DNA of 63,994 nt, counting the filler, from Octopus bimaculoides (Eukaryota): assembly GCF_001194135.2 (NCBI RefSeq). It is 5 parts of 5 records of this genome, joined end to end, with 100 filler letters (N's around TTAATTAATTAA, not from the genome) between each part and the next. Parts side by side here need not be neighbours in the genome. Positions count along the whole stretch, not along the records: positions 29,672 to 39,528 come from NC_068988.1; positions 39,629 to 53,935 come from NC_069003.1; 3 more parts are not named here. One strand, 5' to 3'. This document shows, piece after piece, positions 37,700 through 51,409 of the stretch (its first letter is position 1; every line of letters starts with the position of its first letter). The position numbers and the translations under genes are program-made. The notes under the pieces were generated by a model that did no database searches, had not been told where the DNA came from, and saw only the letters and a program-made list of their open reading frames with translations.

Positions 37700-38270
37700 A
37701 CGCACGTGACCTGGTGGATAAGGCGTTGCACACAAGTTCACAAGGTCTTGGTTTCGATTCCTGGTGCATTGTGTTCTTAAGCAAAATACTTCATTTCATG
37801 TGGCTTCACCTATCTAGCTGTAAATGAATAAGTTTACGAGGGTTTGGAGTCTTAATCAGTGGAAATGGAAGCCTGCTGTAAACTCGGTGTCTTATATGTT
37901 ATGCCCTGCAAAACTACTTTCGTCATTTTGATTCCTGGACTGGGTGTTGCATTGTATTTTTGAGCAAAACACACCACTTCACGTTGCTTCAGCTCACTCA
38001 GCTCTAAATGAATATTTCTCCGACGAGCCCTGACTCCGGTGCTTGTCAGGCTGAGAAAATCAAGCTGTTAAAGTGTCGATCGCTTTCCGATAGGTTTATG
38101 GTCGAGCCTGTGCCAATTGAGACCTCCGACGTTCTTGTCTCCTGGACCATATTCCTGACCACTGCAATTGGAGCAGAGATGACTTTGTGCATGTGCGAAA
38201 ACCTGTGAGGCAGAGTGGCTGCTCCAGTGCATCTCCCTCGCCCTCATCCGGGGGTAACGCCTTTTCCATT
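37700..38270 (+). mobile_element. Two degenerate family C-like SINEs
   Basis: GGTTTCGATTCC B-box, and the TTGAGCAAAA...CAGCT.TAAATGA core twice. Confidence 0.55.
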
Positions 38271-38357
38271 TTTTTCTGCTAGGAGCATGAGAAATGTTTT
38301 TTAATACAAATATATAAAGGAAGGAAAAAAAAAAAGAAAAGAAAAGCTAGATCGATG

Positions 38358-38825
38358 CAGGCGTGGCTGTGTGGTAAGAAGCTTGTTTCCCAACTGCATG
38401 GTTCTGGGTTCAGTCCCACTGCATGGCAGCTTGGGCATGTGTCTTCAGCTATAGCCTCGGGCCGACCAAAGCCTTCTGAGTGGATTTGGCAGACGGAAAC
38501 TGAAAGAAACCCGCCGTATATATATATATATATATATATATAAATATGTGTGTGTGTGTGTGTGTGTGTGTGGTGTGTCTTCTTGTATGTATTTATAAGA
38601 ATGTGTCTTTGTGTCTGTGTTCATCCCCCACCACCGTTTGACAACCGATGTTGGTGTGTTCACGTCCCCGTAACTAGAAGTTCGGCAAAAGAGACCGATA
38701 GAATAAGTAATAGGCTTACAAAGAATAAACCCTGGGTTTGATTTCTTCAGCTAAAAACACCCGTCAAGACGGTGCTCCAGCATGCCGCAAGCAAATGACT
38801 GAAACAAATAAATGAATAAAAGAAT
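38358..38825 (+). mobile_element. SINE family A, full length
   Basis: Head, internal microsatellite and tail all present. Confidence 0.85.
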
Positions 38826-39494
38826 AGATTGGTAAAGAAATCTTTTGTCTTTGTGTGGCTCCCCTCTTCAAGGGGACAGTAGGCCTGTTGTATTCTCGGC
38901 CATTATGATCCCACGGAACCGAATAACCGGTCGTATGGTTCCGAGGATTCGAAACAGGAATGTCCGGGTGTGGTTGATGATGATGATGATGTAGATATCG
39001 TATCCACCATTTTTTTAAAATTCTGTCAAACAAAACAGAACGGAGCGGAAGTAAAATAGATTAGTTTTAGCAAATGATTTAAGAACGACGGTTCCCATTA
39101 GAGTTTTACAAAAAATTCATTCCCTTTCGTGTCTTCTTTTTCTTCTTTTTCTCTTGGCAGTAATATCATCATGCCATAACAATCCATATGGCCATTAATC
39201 ACTCACCAATTAAGCTAATCAGCCACCTGCTAAGTCAGTCTTCATTAAAACGTCTTCTTGTTTATCTTCTTACAGACGTGTTTCGGTTTCCTCTACAATT
39301 TTTAAAGAATTACCGCCGTTGAACGTTTTTTCTTCAGTACCAACACATACGCACATACATGCTTGCGTAATTATATACATGCGTGCATGCATACATACAC
39401 ATACATGAATACATACAGACACAAACACACACACACACACACACGTATTCATACCTACTCATGTACATGCATATGTACACACATATATGTTAAG

Positions 39495-39528
<34 letters not shown>

Positions 39529-40174
39529 NNNNNNNNNNNNNNNNNNNNNNNNNNNNNNNNNNNNNNNNNNNNTTAATTAATTAANNNNNNNNNNNNNNNN
39601 NNNNNNNNNNNNNNNNNNNNNNNNNNNNATATATATACATATATATATATATATATAATACAAAATGGGACAAGAACGCAAAACATCCAGACAGCTAGGT
39701 GATACAAAAAAGGGACAACAAAACATCCAGATAGACGATACAAAGAAAACAAGGATGGGTCATTCGGAGTTTTCTTTCCTCAGTCAAGTTCCAGATTATC
39801 TTTGCAATTTCGGCTGGTTATATTCGAGATTACCCTAATCTGCCCAGCCCCAAGGAAAAACTAAGCTAAGAGCATTAGACTCCTTGGAAGAAAGCAGTGA
39901 ATGTATGCGAAAACAAGGCCGGAAAAAAAACATGGAGAATGTTACACAAATACAAATAACAGGATATAACAACAGGTGTTTTTCGACTAAGGACGAATTA
40001 AATTAAGCTGGCGTGTGTGAAAGTAAAGCCTTATGGCAGGGACATAAGATTTGACAGGCACAGGGAGGAATATAGATGTTGCATGGATGGTAGTCAAACC
40101 AAGAAAGAAAAGTCAGGCTTGGCCAAACACCAGTCACGTGGGGAGAGAAGAGAGAGAGGTAGAGGCAGAGGTAA

Positions 40175-41412
40175 GTGCAACTGTGTAGTTAAGAAGTTTG
40201 CTTCCCAACCACATGGTTCCAGATTCAGTCCCACTATGTGGCACCTTGAGTCAAACAAAACCTTGTGAGTGGATTTGATAAATGGAAACTGAGAGAAACT
40301 CATCCTGTGTGTGTGTGTTCATGTGTGTGTATTATTTCTTTACTACCCACAAGGGGCTACATACAGAGGGAACAAACAAGGACAGATAAACGGATTAAGT
40401 CGATTATATCGACCCCAGTGCGTAATTGGTACTTATTTAATCGATCCCGAAAGGATGAAAGGCAAAGTCGACCTCAGCGAAATTTGAACTCAGAACATAG
40501 CGGCAGACGAAATACGTGTGTATGTGTGTGTGTGTGTGTGTATGTGTGTGTGTGTGTGTATGTCCCCATAACTTAGCAGTTCAGCAAAAGAAACCAATAG
40601 GAAAAATACCAGCTTTAAAAAAACAATATGTATTGTTAGGGTTTGAATCATTTGACTAAAATTTTTCAAGGCAATGTCCCAGCATGACAGCAATCCAATG
40701 ACTGATACAAGTAAAACGGTAAAGTAAGAAATATCTCAACACTAATTGCATCTTTTCCAGAGACAAACTTGCATTTTTAACATTCTCAGCTATAAAAACA
40801 AACAATAAAAACCCAAAACTCGGTGCAATTCCGACTTTATTAGATAACAATGATGAAGTCTTAGCAGAAACGAAAATTACTTTTATCTACAAAGTCAGTG
40901 AAATATGGTGCTTGTCAGCAGAAAATAATGGAAAGAACCAGAACTATCAAGATCTCTTCTATCTTCTTCTTTCTTTTACTTGTGTCAGTCGTTGGGCTGC
41001 AGCCATGCTGGAGCAGAGCTTTGAAGATTCTTTTATGGTAGAATGAATCAACCCCAGCACTAATTTTTTGAAGTCTAGTGCTTATTCTATTGATCTCTTT
41101 TTGCTGAAATGCTAAGTCATGGGGGATGTAAACACACCAACACCAGTTTTCAAGTGGTGATGGTGGTGCAGGGACAAACACAGATACCAACACACTCAAA
41201 CACACACACACACACACACTCATACATACATAATACATATATAACGATATATATATATAGGCATGGCTTTGTGGTAAGAAACTTGCTTCCCAACCACATG
41301 GTTCCAGGTTCAGTCCCACTATGTGGCACTTGGGCAAGTGTCTTTTACTATAGCCTCGAGCTGACCAAAGCCTTGTGAGATGATTTGGTAGATGGAAATT
41401 GAAAGAAGCCAG

Positions 41413-41446
<34 letters not shown>

Positions 41447-42265
41447 GGGCTTCTTTCAATTTCCATCTTGCCCAAGTACCATGTAGTGGGACTGAACCCT
41501 GGAACCATATGGTTGGGAAGTAAGTTTCTTACCATGGAACCATGCTTGCACCTATATATATATTCTTTTATGCTTTTATTCTTTTATTTGTTAGTCATTT
41601 GACTGTGGCCATCCTGGAGCACCACCTTTAATCAAACAAATCAACCCCAGAACTTATTCTTTGTATGCCTAGTACTTATTCTACCAGTCTCTTTTGCCGA
41701 ACCACTAAGTTACAGGGACGTAGACATGCCAACATCGGTTGTCAAGCGATAGTGGGGAGGACAAACAGACACACAAACATATACACATATACATATATAT
41801 ATACATACATATATATACATATATAGGGTGTCCACAAAGTCTGGGTACAGGGAGTGCTGTCTTACATAGAGCTGTGGCACACAGGTGTTTTTTTTTACGT
41901 GGTGCCAGCACACATGCTAATTACATGGAACCAGAACGGATGCTTTTTACATGATGCCAGAGCAGGCGTTTTTTACACACACACACATACATGGCAATAG
42001 AAAAGGCATGTGTCCATAGAAAATTTGCCTCAACAAATTCTGACTGACTCATTCAAGCATGAAAAAGTAGACAGTAAGTGATGATGATGTGTGTGTGTGC
42101 GTGTGTGTGATGGGAATCTTCAGTTTCTATCTAAAAATCCACCCACATAGCTTTGGTTGCCACAAAGCTATAGTAGATGACATTTGCCCAAGGTGCCATG
42201 CAATGGAACTGAAACTAGAATCATGTGATTTCGAAGCAAACCATTTAGTAACACAGCCATGCCTG
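40175..42265. mobile_element. Cluster of family A and B SINE halves in both orientations
   Basis: A heads at about 40175 (+), 41260 (+), 41440-41550 (-) and 42105-42265 (-). A tails at about 40510-40720 (+), 40955-41220 (-) and 41570-41790 (-). B copy at about 40335-40512 (-). Confidence 0.7.
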
Positions 42266-42339
42266 TACATATTTATTAGAAGAGAAATAAATATCTTGCA
42301 GCTATAATGAAAACAGACTTTTCATGCAAGACATCTTAG

Positions 42340-42483
42340 TAAAGATGATTATATATATATATATATATATATACAAACACACACGCACATACACATATTT
42401 ATATACATATACATAATTATGTATATGTATATATGTATACACATACACACACACATATATATATACATATATATACATATACA

Positions 42484-42520
<37 letters not shown>

Positions 42521-42648
42521 CTGTCTATCTCTATCAATACATATACAAATATGCAAGCACAAACATGCATGCATATATGTATATATGTGTGTNNNNNNNN
42601 NNNNNNNNNNNNNNNNNNNNNNNNNNNNNNNNNNNNNNNNNNNNNNNN

Positions 42649-42698
<50 letters not shown>

Positions 42699-43202
42699 TT
42701 ATATATACATATATGTGTGCATGTGTGTGCTTGCATATGTGTATATATGTATTGATAGAGATAGACAGGAAGGGAGATAAAGAAACAAAAAAGAAATGTA
42801 AAGAATAAATGTGAAGAGAAAAACAAAAGAGAGAGAGAAAAGAGAAGGAAAAGAGGAGAGAAGTGAAGGTAGATCTAATGGATTGCAAATTGCCTGGAAC
42901 AATGCAAAAGAGGAATTGGTATGGAACATAAGGGAATAATGCTTTTGTCCAAAGATACCAGCGTACAGCATTTATTACTCAACTGGATCCTTCTTATATA
43001 ATGTTTTACACCCCGGTAAACTTTGGAAGGAGAAGGATAAACGTATGGGATTTCAGGCTAGCTTTTGTTTAATATCAATGATATATACCTGTACACGTGA
43101 GTGCGCATGCACACACACACGCATTATATGTGTATATATGTATGTGTATATGTATAAATGTGTTTGGTAGTATACACACACATGTACACACACATGTACA
43201 CA

Positions 43203-43256
<54 letters not shown>

Positions 43257-43465
43257 NNNNNNNNNNATATATGTGTGTGCATACATGTGCACACGCATAT
43301 ATCAATACATACATACATATGTATGTATGTATGTATGTATGTGTGTGTGTGTGTATGTGTATATGTATATTTATATATATTAATTATTATTATTTGATGT
43401 TCTAACATGACTTCCATATTAAGTTGGACACACACACATATATATACACACTTACACACACACAC

Positions 43466-43549
<84 letters not shown>

Positions 43550-43640
43550 TCACGCACATACAGATACACATATTTGTGCATAGATATATACATATACACA
43601 TATATATATCTACATACATATATGCATACACACACACACA
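42340..43640. repeat. Long compound (TA)/(CA)/(TG) microsatellite field with small gaps
   Basis: Direct inspection. It explains the many YI/HT ORFs in the track. Confidence 0.9.
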
Positions 43641-44062
43641 CACCAACACATACCATAAGACCCTTTAAGAAGCCCAAATGCAAACGCAACTATATCACTA
43701 TAGTATATCATTAAATATCAATCAAACCACAGACAGGAACAGAACCATGAATCTGCAATAAAATGGAGGACCAAGGCAACCATTTACCCGCAAGATGACC
43801 ACTTTCATTTTATGTATACTCTTTATATCGAACTTAGAGTGACTGCACTGCATTAAGCAATGTTTTTATCTACAACCATGATATAATAAAAATGTTGGTT
43901 AATGCAGTGTAGTCTCCTAATGGTTCTGAGTTTAATCCTAGGCAAAGTACTAAGGCGAGTCACAAAAATCAACTACAGCAACGAATGTCACGAAATACAG
44001 GGTGTGGAATGAGAACAGTGAACACCATATGAATCAACTAAAGGGTTAGGTTCAAAAATTCA

Positions 44063-44620
44063 GGAGTGGCTGTGTGGTAAGTAGCTTGCTTATCAACTAC
44101 ATGGTTCCAGGTTCAGTCCCACTGCGTGGCACCTTGGGTAAATGTCTTCTACTATAGCCTCGGGCCGACCAAAGCCTTGTGAGTGGATTTGGTAGACAGA
44201 AACTGAAAGAAGCCCATCATATATATATATATATATATATATANNNNNNNNNNNNNNNNNNNNNNNNNNNNNNNNNNNNNNNNNNNNNNNNNNNNNNNNN
44301 NNNNNNNNNNNNNNNNNNNNNNNNNNNNNNNNNNNNNNNNNNNNNNNNNNNNNNNNNNNNNNNNNNNNNNNNNNNNNNNNNATATATGTATGTGTGTGTA
44401 TATGTTTGTGTGTCTGTGTTTGTCCCCCCCCCCAACATCGTTTGACAACCGATGCTGGTGTGTTTACGTCCCCGTAACTTAACGGTTTGGCAAAAGAGAC
44501 TGATAGAATAAGTACTAGGCTTACAAAGAATAAGACCTAGGGTCGATTTGCTCAACTAAAGGTGGTGCTGCAGCATGGCCGCAGTCAAATGACTGAAACA
44601 AGTAAAAGAATAAAAGAGTA
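44063..44620 (+). mobile_element. SINE family A, full length (gap inside)
   Basis: Head GGAGTGGCTGTGTGGTAAG through tail GACTGAAACAAGTAAAAGAATAAAAGA. Confidence 0.85.
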
Positions 44621-44645
44621 TACAACAACTGAGTTCAATGCACGA

Positions 44646-44687
44646 CACCTGAAGAAGGCTGGAGAGTACAACAGCTGAAACATAGTG
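44646..44687 (+). ncRNA. Minimal type-I hammerhead ribozyme motif (probably decayed)
   Basis: CAC CTGAAGA A GGCTG-GAGAGTACAA-CAGCT GAAA CATA|GTG. Stem I CAC/GUG; stem III ACAU is one change from the palindrome ACGU. Confidence 0.6.
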
Positions 44688-45204
44688 AAAGCAACAATCA
44701 GGATAAGGACATCAGTCTGAGTAATATAAACAGTATATCAGGATCATGGTCATCATCATTTATTGACCATTTTCCATGCTGGCATGGGTTGGACGGCTTG
44801 ACAAGATCTAGCAAGGGGCTACACAAGGTTCCGTTGTCTGTTTTGGCTTGGTTTTTATGGCTTGTTGCCCTTCCTAATGCCAACCACTTTGCAGAATGTA
44901 GTGTGTGCTTTCCACATGGCACCAGTACCTACACCAATGAATTCTATGTGACACCTTGGTTTTAGGATTCCAATGCATGATATAAACTTCTTGTTTCAGA
45001 AATATAGAATTGCAATTTCATTTGTTGACTTTTTAGAAGCTTTTACTTCTTTGTGTAACTGGTTCAAACCACTTCTAGGTTATTTTGACCACTGGTATTT
45101 GTGGGTTAACTCATTCAGGCTGGGAATCTTATACTTTCAGTCATTTACACATCTAAAAAAAATCAACTTCATCAACTTCAAGACTTGAAAAGAAAAAAGC
45201 ATCG

Positions 45205-45590
45205 TATAGGTGCAGGTGTGGCTATGTGGTAAGATGTTTGCTTTCCAACCACATGGTTCCTGGTTCAGTCCCACTGCGTGACATCTCGGGCAGGTGTCTT
45301 CTACTATAGCCCCAGGACAACCAATGCTTTATGAGTAGATATGGTAGATGGAAACTGAAAGAAGCCTGTCATGTCTGTGTGTGTGTGCGTGTGTGTGTGA
45401 GTTTGTGTGTCTTCATGTCTGTGTTTGTCACCCACCACTGCTCAACAGCTGGTATTGGTGTGTTTATATCCTTGTAACTTAGTGGTTCAACAAAAGAGAC
45501 TGATAGAATAAGTACTAGGCTTAGCAAAAAAATTCTTCAAGGCTGTGCCCCAGCATGGTCACAGTCTAATGACTGAAACAAGTAAAAGAG
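45205..45590 (+). mobile_element. SINE family A, full length
   Basis: Head, (TG)n and tail present. Confidence 0.8.
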
Positions 45591-45849
45591 AGTCCTCTCG
45601 AGCCCTATTGACTCATAAGGGCCGGTTCCCAGTTCCTGTGGCATAGGTATATTTATCGCCTGGATGGGACGCTTGTCTCTTGCAGGACTTATCACTTCTG
45701 CCAGTTGAGTAGACTGGGGCAATATGAAATGAAGTGTTTTGCTCAAGAACACAATGCATTGCTCGGTTCAGAAATTGAAACAGCAATCTTACAATCTTGA
45801 GCGCAATACCCCTAACCACTAGGCCCTACACCTCCACTCAAGACTTGAT

Positions 45850-46186
45850 GCAGACCTCCGTTGCCAGAGCAGCTGTCTGGCTTCCGTGCCGGTGGCACGT
45901 AAATAACACCATTTGAGCGTGATCGTTACCAACGTCGCCTTACTGGCACTTGTGCTGGTGACACGTGCAAAGACATTCGAGCGAGACAGTTGCCAGTGCC
46001 GCTGGACTGGCTCCTGTGCAGGTGGCACGTAAAATACACCATTTTGAGCATGGCCATTGCCAGTACCGCCTGACTGGCCTTCGTGCCGGTGGTACGTAAA
46101 AGCACCCACTACATTCTCGAAGTGGTTGGCATTAGGAAGGGCATCCAACTGTAGAAACTCTGCCAAATCAGATTGGAGCCTGGGGT
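45850..46186 (+). mobile_element. LINE (RTE-like) 3' UTR with internal repeats
   Basis: GGTGGCACGTAAA..CACC recurs, followed by GTGGTTGGCATTAGGAAGGGCATCCA. Homologous at about 53315-53565 (+), 44740-44930 (-) and 7540-7800 (-). Confidence 0.6.
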
Positions 46187-47299
46187 NNNNNNNNNNNNNN
46201 NNNNNNNNNNNNNNNNNNNNNNNNNNNNNNNNNNNNNNNNNNNNNNNNNNNNNNNNNNNNNNNNNNNNNNNNNNNNNNNNNNNNNNNNNNNNNNNNNNNN
46301 NNNNNNNNNNNNNNNNNNNNNNNNNNNNNNNNNNNNNNNNNNNNNNNNNNNNNNNNNNNNNNNNNNNNNNNNNNNNNNNNNNNNNNNNNNNNNNNNNNNN
46401 NNNNNNNNNNNNNNNNNNNNNNNNNNNNNNNNNNNNNNNNNNNNNNNNNNNNNNNNNNNNNNNNNNNNNNNNNNNNNNNNNNNNNNNNNNNNNNNNNNNN
46501 NNNNNNNNNNNNNNNNNNNNNNNNNNNNNNNNNNNNNNNNNNNNNNNNNNNNNNNNNNNNNNNNNNNNNNNNNNNNNNNNNNNNNNNNNNNNNNNNNNNN
46601 NNNNNNNNNNNNNNNNNNNNNNNNNNNNNNNNNNNNNNNNNNNNNNNNNNNNNNNNNNNNNNNNNNNNNNNNNNNNNNNNNNNNNNNNNNNNNNNNNNNN
46701 NNNNNNNNNNNNNNNNNNNNNNNNNNNNNNNNNNNNNNNNNNNNNNNNNNNNNNNNNNNNNNNNNNNNNNNNNNNNNNNNNNNNNNNNNNNNNNNNNNNN
46801 NNNNNNNNNNNNNNNNNNNNNNNNNNNNNNNNNNNNNNNNNNNNNNNNNNNNNNNNNNNNNNNNNNNNNNNNNNNNNNNNNNNNNNNNNNNNNNNNNNNN
46901 NNNNNNNNNNNNNGTTTACAGCACAAAAGAAAACACTTTAAACCTGCTAAAATAATATTCAGAATGGTTTATATGATCAGGAACATGATTTTGAAGTGTT
47001 CATGGTATCACAGTGAGGATCTGATCAAAGACTTTGCAATTAAAAAAAAAGTTGGAGAAAACTTCTCAAATATAAATAAAGTGGAAGTGTGCAAAAATAA
47101 ACATTTTCCATCTTACTGATAGTTTTGTTTCATTTTGAAAAATAAAAATTTATGTTATAATTTATTATCTGGGAGTGGCTTCTTTCCCTCAAACCCTGTG
47201 TGCATCTATCATTCAGAAAGTAATCATTTCCATGTGTTTAAATACTTTCTGAAATAAACATACATTTCCTTTTAATGGCTCCAAGGAAGCTCTTAGATG

Positions 47300-47578
47300 T
47301 TGCACATGCATTCAGCTCTGAGTGCACTGCGTCTTATAGCAGAAAGTGCTGTTAGCTATTTGATAACAAATTTTGTTCCTTTGTCATTCAACAATTAATG
47401 TTACAATTTGAAACTGTCTGCTGTGTAATAACATTAGAATCAAATGCTCCATTAATATTCCGAGCTGTCTGTGATGCTGTATTTCCAAGAAAGAACCCAT
47501 ATTTCAAAACTGTACGAATTGCTGACTTATCCATCTCTAAACAAAAATAGCAAAAAACGATTTATAAATACTTTCTAA
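47300..47578 (-). mobile_element. mariner transposase N-terminal fragment (duplicate copy at 50363-50643 with TIR)
   Basis: MDKSAIRTVLKYGFFLGNTASQTARNINGAF. The duplicate ends in GATGACCTAATA, a mariner-type TIR plus TA. Confidence 0.7.
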
Positions 47579-50500
47579 NNNNNNNNNNNNNNNNNNNNNN
47601 NNNNNNNNNNNNNNNNNNNNNNNNNNNNNNNNNNNNNNNNNNNNNNNNNNNNNNNNNNNNNNNNNNNNNNNNNNNNNNNNNNNNNNNNNNNNNNNNNNNN
47701 NNNNNNNNNNNNNNNNNNNNNNNNNNNNNNNNNNNNNNNNNNNNNNNNNNNNNNNNNNNNNNNNNNNNNNNNNNNNNNNNNNNNNNNNNNNNNNNNNNNN
47801 NNNNNNNNNNNNNNNNNNNNNNNNNNNNNNNNNNNNNNNNNNNNNNNNNNNNNNNNNNNNNNNNNNNNNNNNNNNNNNNNNNNNNNNNNNNNNNNNNNNN
47901 NNNNNNNNNNNNNNNNNNNNNNNNNNNNNNNNNNNNNNNNNNNNNNNNNNNNNNNNNNNNNNNNNNNNNNNNNNNNNNNNNNNNNNNNNNNNNNNNNNNN
48001 NNNNNNNNNNNNNNNNNNNNNNNNNNNNNNNNNNNNNNNNNNNNNNNNNNNNNNNNNNNNNNNNNNNNNNNNNNNNNNNNNNNNNNNNNNNNNNNNNNNN
48101 NNNNNNNNNNNNNNNNNNNNNNNNNNNNNNNNNNNNNNNNNNNNNNNNNNNNNNNNNNNNNNNNNNNNNNNNNNNNNNNNNNNNNNNNNNNNNNNNNNNN
48201 NNNNNNNNNNNNNNNNNNNNNNNNNNNNNNNNNNNNNNNNNNNNNNNNNNNNNNNNNNNNNNNNNNNNNNNNNNNNNNNNNNNNNNNNNNNNNNNNNNNN
48301 NNNNNNNNNNNNNNNNNNNNNNNNNNNNNNNNNNNNNNNNNNNNNNNNNNNNNNNNNNNNNCTTATTCTATCGGTCTGTTTTGCCGAACCGCTAAGTTAT
48401 GGGGACATAAACACACCAGCATCGGTTGTCAAGCGATGTTGGGGGGACAAACACAGACACACAAACATATACACACATATACATATATATATATACATAT
48501 ATACGATGGGCTTCTTTCAGTTTTCCATCTACCAAATCCACTCACAAGGCTTTGGTTGGCCCGAGACTATAGTAGAAGACACTTGCCCAAGGTGCCACGC
48601 AGTAGGAATGAACCCAGAACCATGTAGTTGGTCAGCAAGCTACTTACTACACAACCACTCCTGCGCCTATATTTATCATAATACTATTTCAAAAACATCC
48701 AAACTCTCTCACCATTTATCATAATACTATTTCAATTACATCAAGCACAGCAGTATTCACTTTCTTTCAATCAGCAATGATGTTGTGCGACAAAAATTTG
48801 AAAAGATTTCCTAATTTTCTTTTATGTACAATTGTTGACCTTTGATGCTAGAAACAACAGCCAGCACCCAACAGTTAACTGTCAGCTCACAAGATCAGCA
48901 GTCAAATACAGCTCCCAGCAGTTAGCCATTCAGCTCAAGCACAAATGATCTTCTATACACAACATCTATTGGAAGGGGACTGATCTGGGGCTAAATAACT
49001 AGAACTGTGACAACAACATTCCCTGATTCAAGTTGTAGGGGAGGAGTGGGGCGCATAGATGATAATCATTTCCTGATGGCACAGAGGATTGCTACCTAAC
49101 AACAACAACAACACTTCAACTACCATCTCTGCTACCATTGCNNNNNNNNNNGTATTTTGGTATCTATGGGGCAGTCACTCAGCACTGGAACATTTTTAGG
49201 TTTTATAGGTCAACTTGATAATGGTTTTGTTTGTTTTTCACCCTCTGTCTTTTAGTCAGAAGAGAAAGCTGTGCTTTTGACCCTTGGCAAGGCTTCCTTG
49301 GCTAGCGGCAGCACTGGACACACCATTAAGCAAAAGAAGCATTTTGTTATTGATGTTGTTGTTGTTTAGCCCAAGGTAAGTTGTGACTGAGTAAATCTAT
49401 GGGCAAAGAATTTCAGTCACTTTTTCTTTTTTCTGTCTTTTCTTCATTTTTTTTAGGTGGTGTTACCTTTGGTAGACAGCATTTTTTCTCAGCTACCTTA
49501 CCATTTCTGCTTCCATCCACTGCTTTAAATACATAGGGTGGTGGTGGTGATGGTGGTGGTGGTGGCAGTGCAGGATTAATCATTAACCAAAATAAACATG
49601 TGCCTAGGGTATCAAGAGCAAATGGTTTACAGCACAAAAGAAAACACTTTNNNNNNNNNNNNNNNNNNNNNNNNNNNNNNNNNNNNNNNNNNNNNNNNNN
49701 NNNNNNNNNNNNNNNNNNNNNNNNNNNNNNNNNNNNNNNNNNNNNNNNNNNNNNNNNNNNNNNNNNNNNNNNNNNNNNNNNNNNNNNNNNNNNNNNNNNN
49801 NNNNNNNNNNNNNNNNNNNNNNNNNNNNNNNNNNNNNNNNNNNNNNNNNNNNNNNNNNNNNNNNNNNNNNNNNNNNNNNNNNNNNNNNNNNNNNNNNNNN
49901 NNNNNNNNNNNNNNNNNNNNNNNNNNNNNNNNNNNNNNNNNNNNNNNNNNNNNNNNNNNNNNNNNNNNNNNNNNNNNNNNNNNNNNNNNNNNNNNNNNNN
50001 NNNNNNNNNNNNNNNNNNNNNNNNNNNNNNNNNNNNNNNNNNNNNNNNNNNNNNNNNNNNNNNNNNNNNNNNNNNNNNNNNNNNNNNNNNNNNNNNNNNN
50101 NNNNNNNNNNNNNNNNNNNNNNNNNNNNNNNNNNNNNNNNNNNNNNNNNNNNNNNNNNNNNNNNNNNNNNNNNNNNNNNNNNNNNNNNNNNNNNNNNNNN
50201 NNNNNNNNNNNNNNNNNNNNNNNNNNNNNNNNNNNNNNNNNNNNNNNNNNNNNNNNNNNNNNNNNNNNNNNNNNNNNNNNNNNNNNNNNNNNNNNNNNNN
50301 NNNNNNNNNNNNNNNNNNNNNNNNNNNNNNNNNNNNNNNNNNNNNNNNNNNNNNNNNNNNNNAAATGCTCCATTAATATTCCGAGCTGTCTGTGATGCTG
50401 TATTTCCAAGAAAGAACCCATATTTCAAAACTGTACGAATTGCTGACTTATCCATCTCTAAACAAAAATAGCAAAAAACGATTTATAAATACTTTCTAAA

Positions 50501-50922
50501 GTGCAAAATGAGTTAGAAGAAATAGATGTGTCAGTTTTCTCACAAAAAATAAAGATTGTCAAAATATAATAATGGCACAAAATGAGCAGCTGTCAAAGTT
50601 TACCATATACCTTACTACAAATATCATACTTGATGACCTAATACCAGAAAGTTATGGTTTGCTGGAGTGTTGCTCACATGATCAGCAAAACTGACCAATT
50701 GTGACTCTGCCTGGAAAGAATATTGCCCACGTGATCAAGGGGGTCTGGCCAATTATGAATTTACGTGGAATAGGCTCCGGCACCTAATATCAATTTTGGT
50801 GCCTTCTTTTCTGAGCTTCACAGAGAGAGAGAGAGAGCCTTGGAGTGTAGGAGAGATGATATGGCAGAAAACATAGTGAACAGATAAGGGCAGCGGCTGA
50901 ATCTAGCAAATATCATCATGAC

Positions 50923-51279
50923 CAGGGGTTCTCAACAAATTTTTTATTAATGGACCCCCTCTGATTACTATTTTATTCTGGCTGACCCCTATAGCCATTC
51001 AATGTTTAAAAACCAGTTTTACAGAAACTTCTTTCAAATTTCCTATTTTGCTTTTTGCACATAATACAACTTGTATAGGTTGTATTATGTAAAACATTAG
51101 AGAAAGAAATTTTATTGTTTCTTGCAATACATACCAATATATACATGTAAAGTAAAAATTTTTCAGGCACCCTCTAAATACTATCTTGGATCTCCAATTT
51201 ACTAATTTGTTGTGTGGACCCCCCAAAATCTTATATGAATCCTCACAGGGCCATATGGAACCCCAGCTGAGAACCACTG
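50923..51279. mobile_element. hAT-type MITE with 8-bp TSD
   Basis: CAGGGGTTCTCAAC ... GCTGAGAACCACTG, flanked on both sides by ATCATGAC (50915-50922 and 51280-51287). Confidence 0.88.
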
Positions 51280-51409
51280 ATCATGACAAACCACCAACAG
51301 CAACACAGTTAACTTTCACCATAGCAAATTTCCCACAACACCACAATGACTGGTAGTTACTCTTCCGTACTATTTCAATTTCAGTAACATCTAAACTCTC
51401 TCAGCATTT

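Noticed and set aside
39280-39345. CTGAAGA...GAAACACGTC on the minus strand
   Set aside because: The ~45-nt stem II region does not pair at its base, so it fails as a hammerhead.
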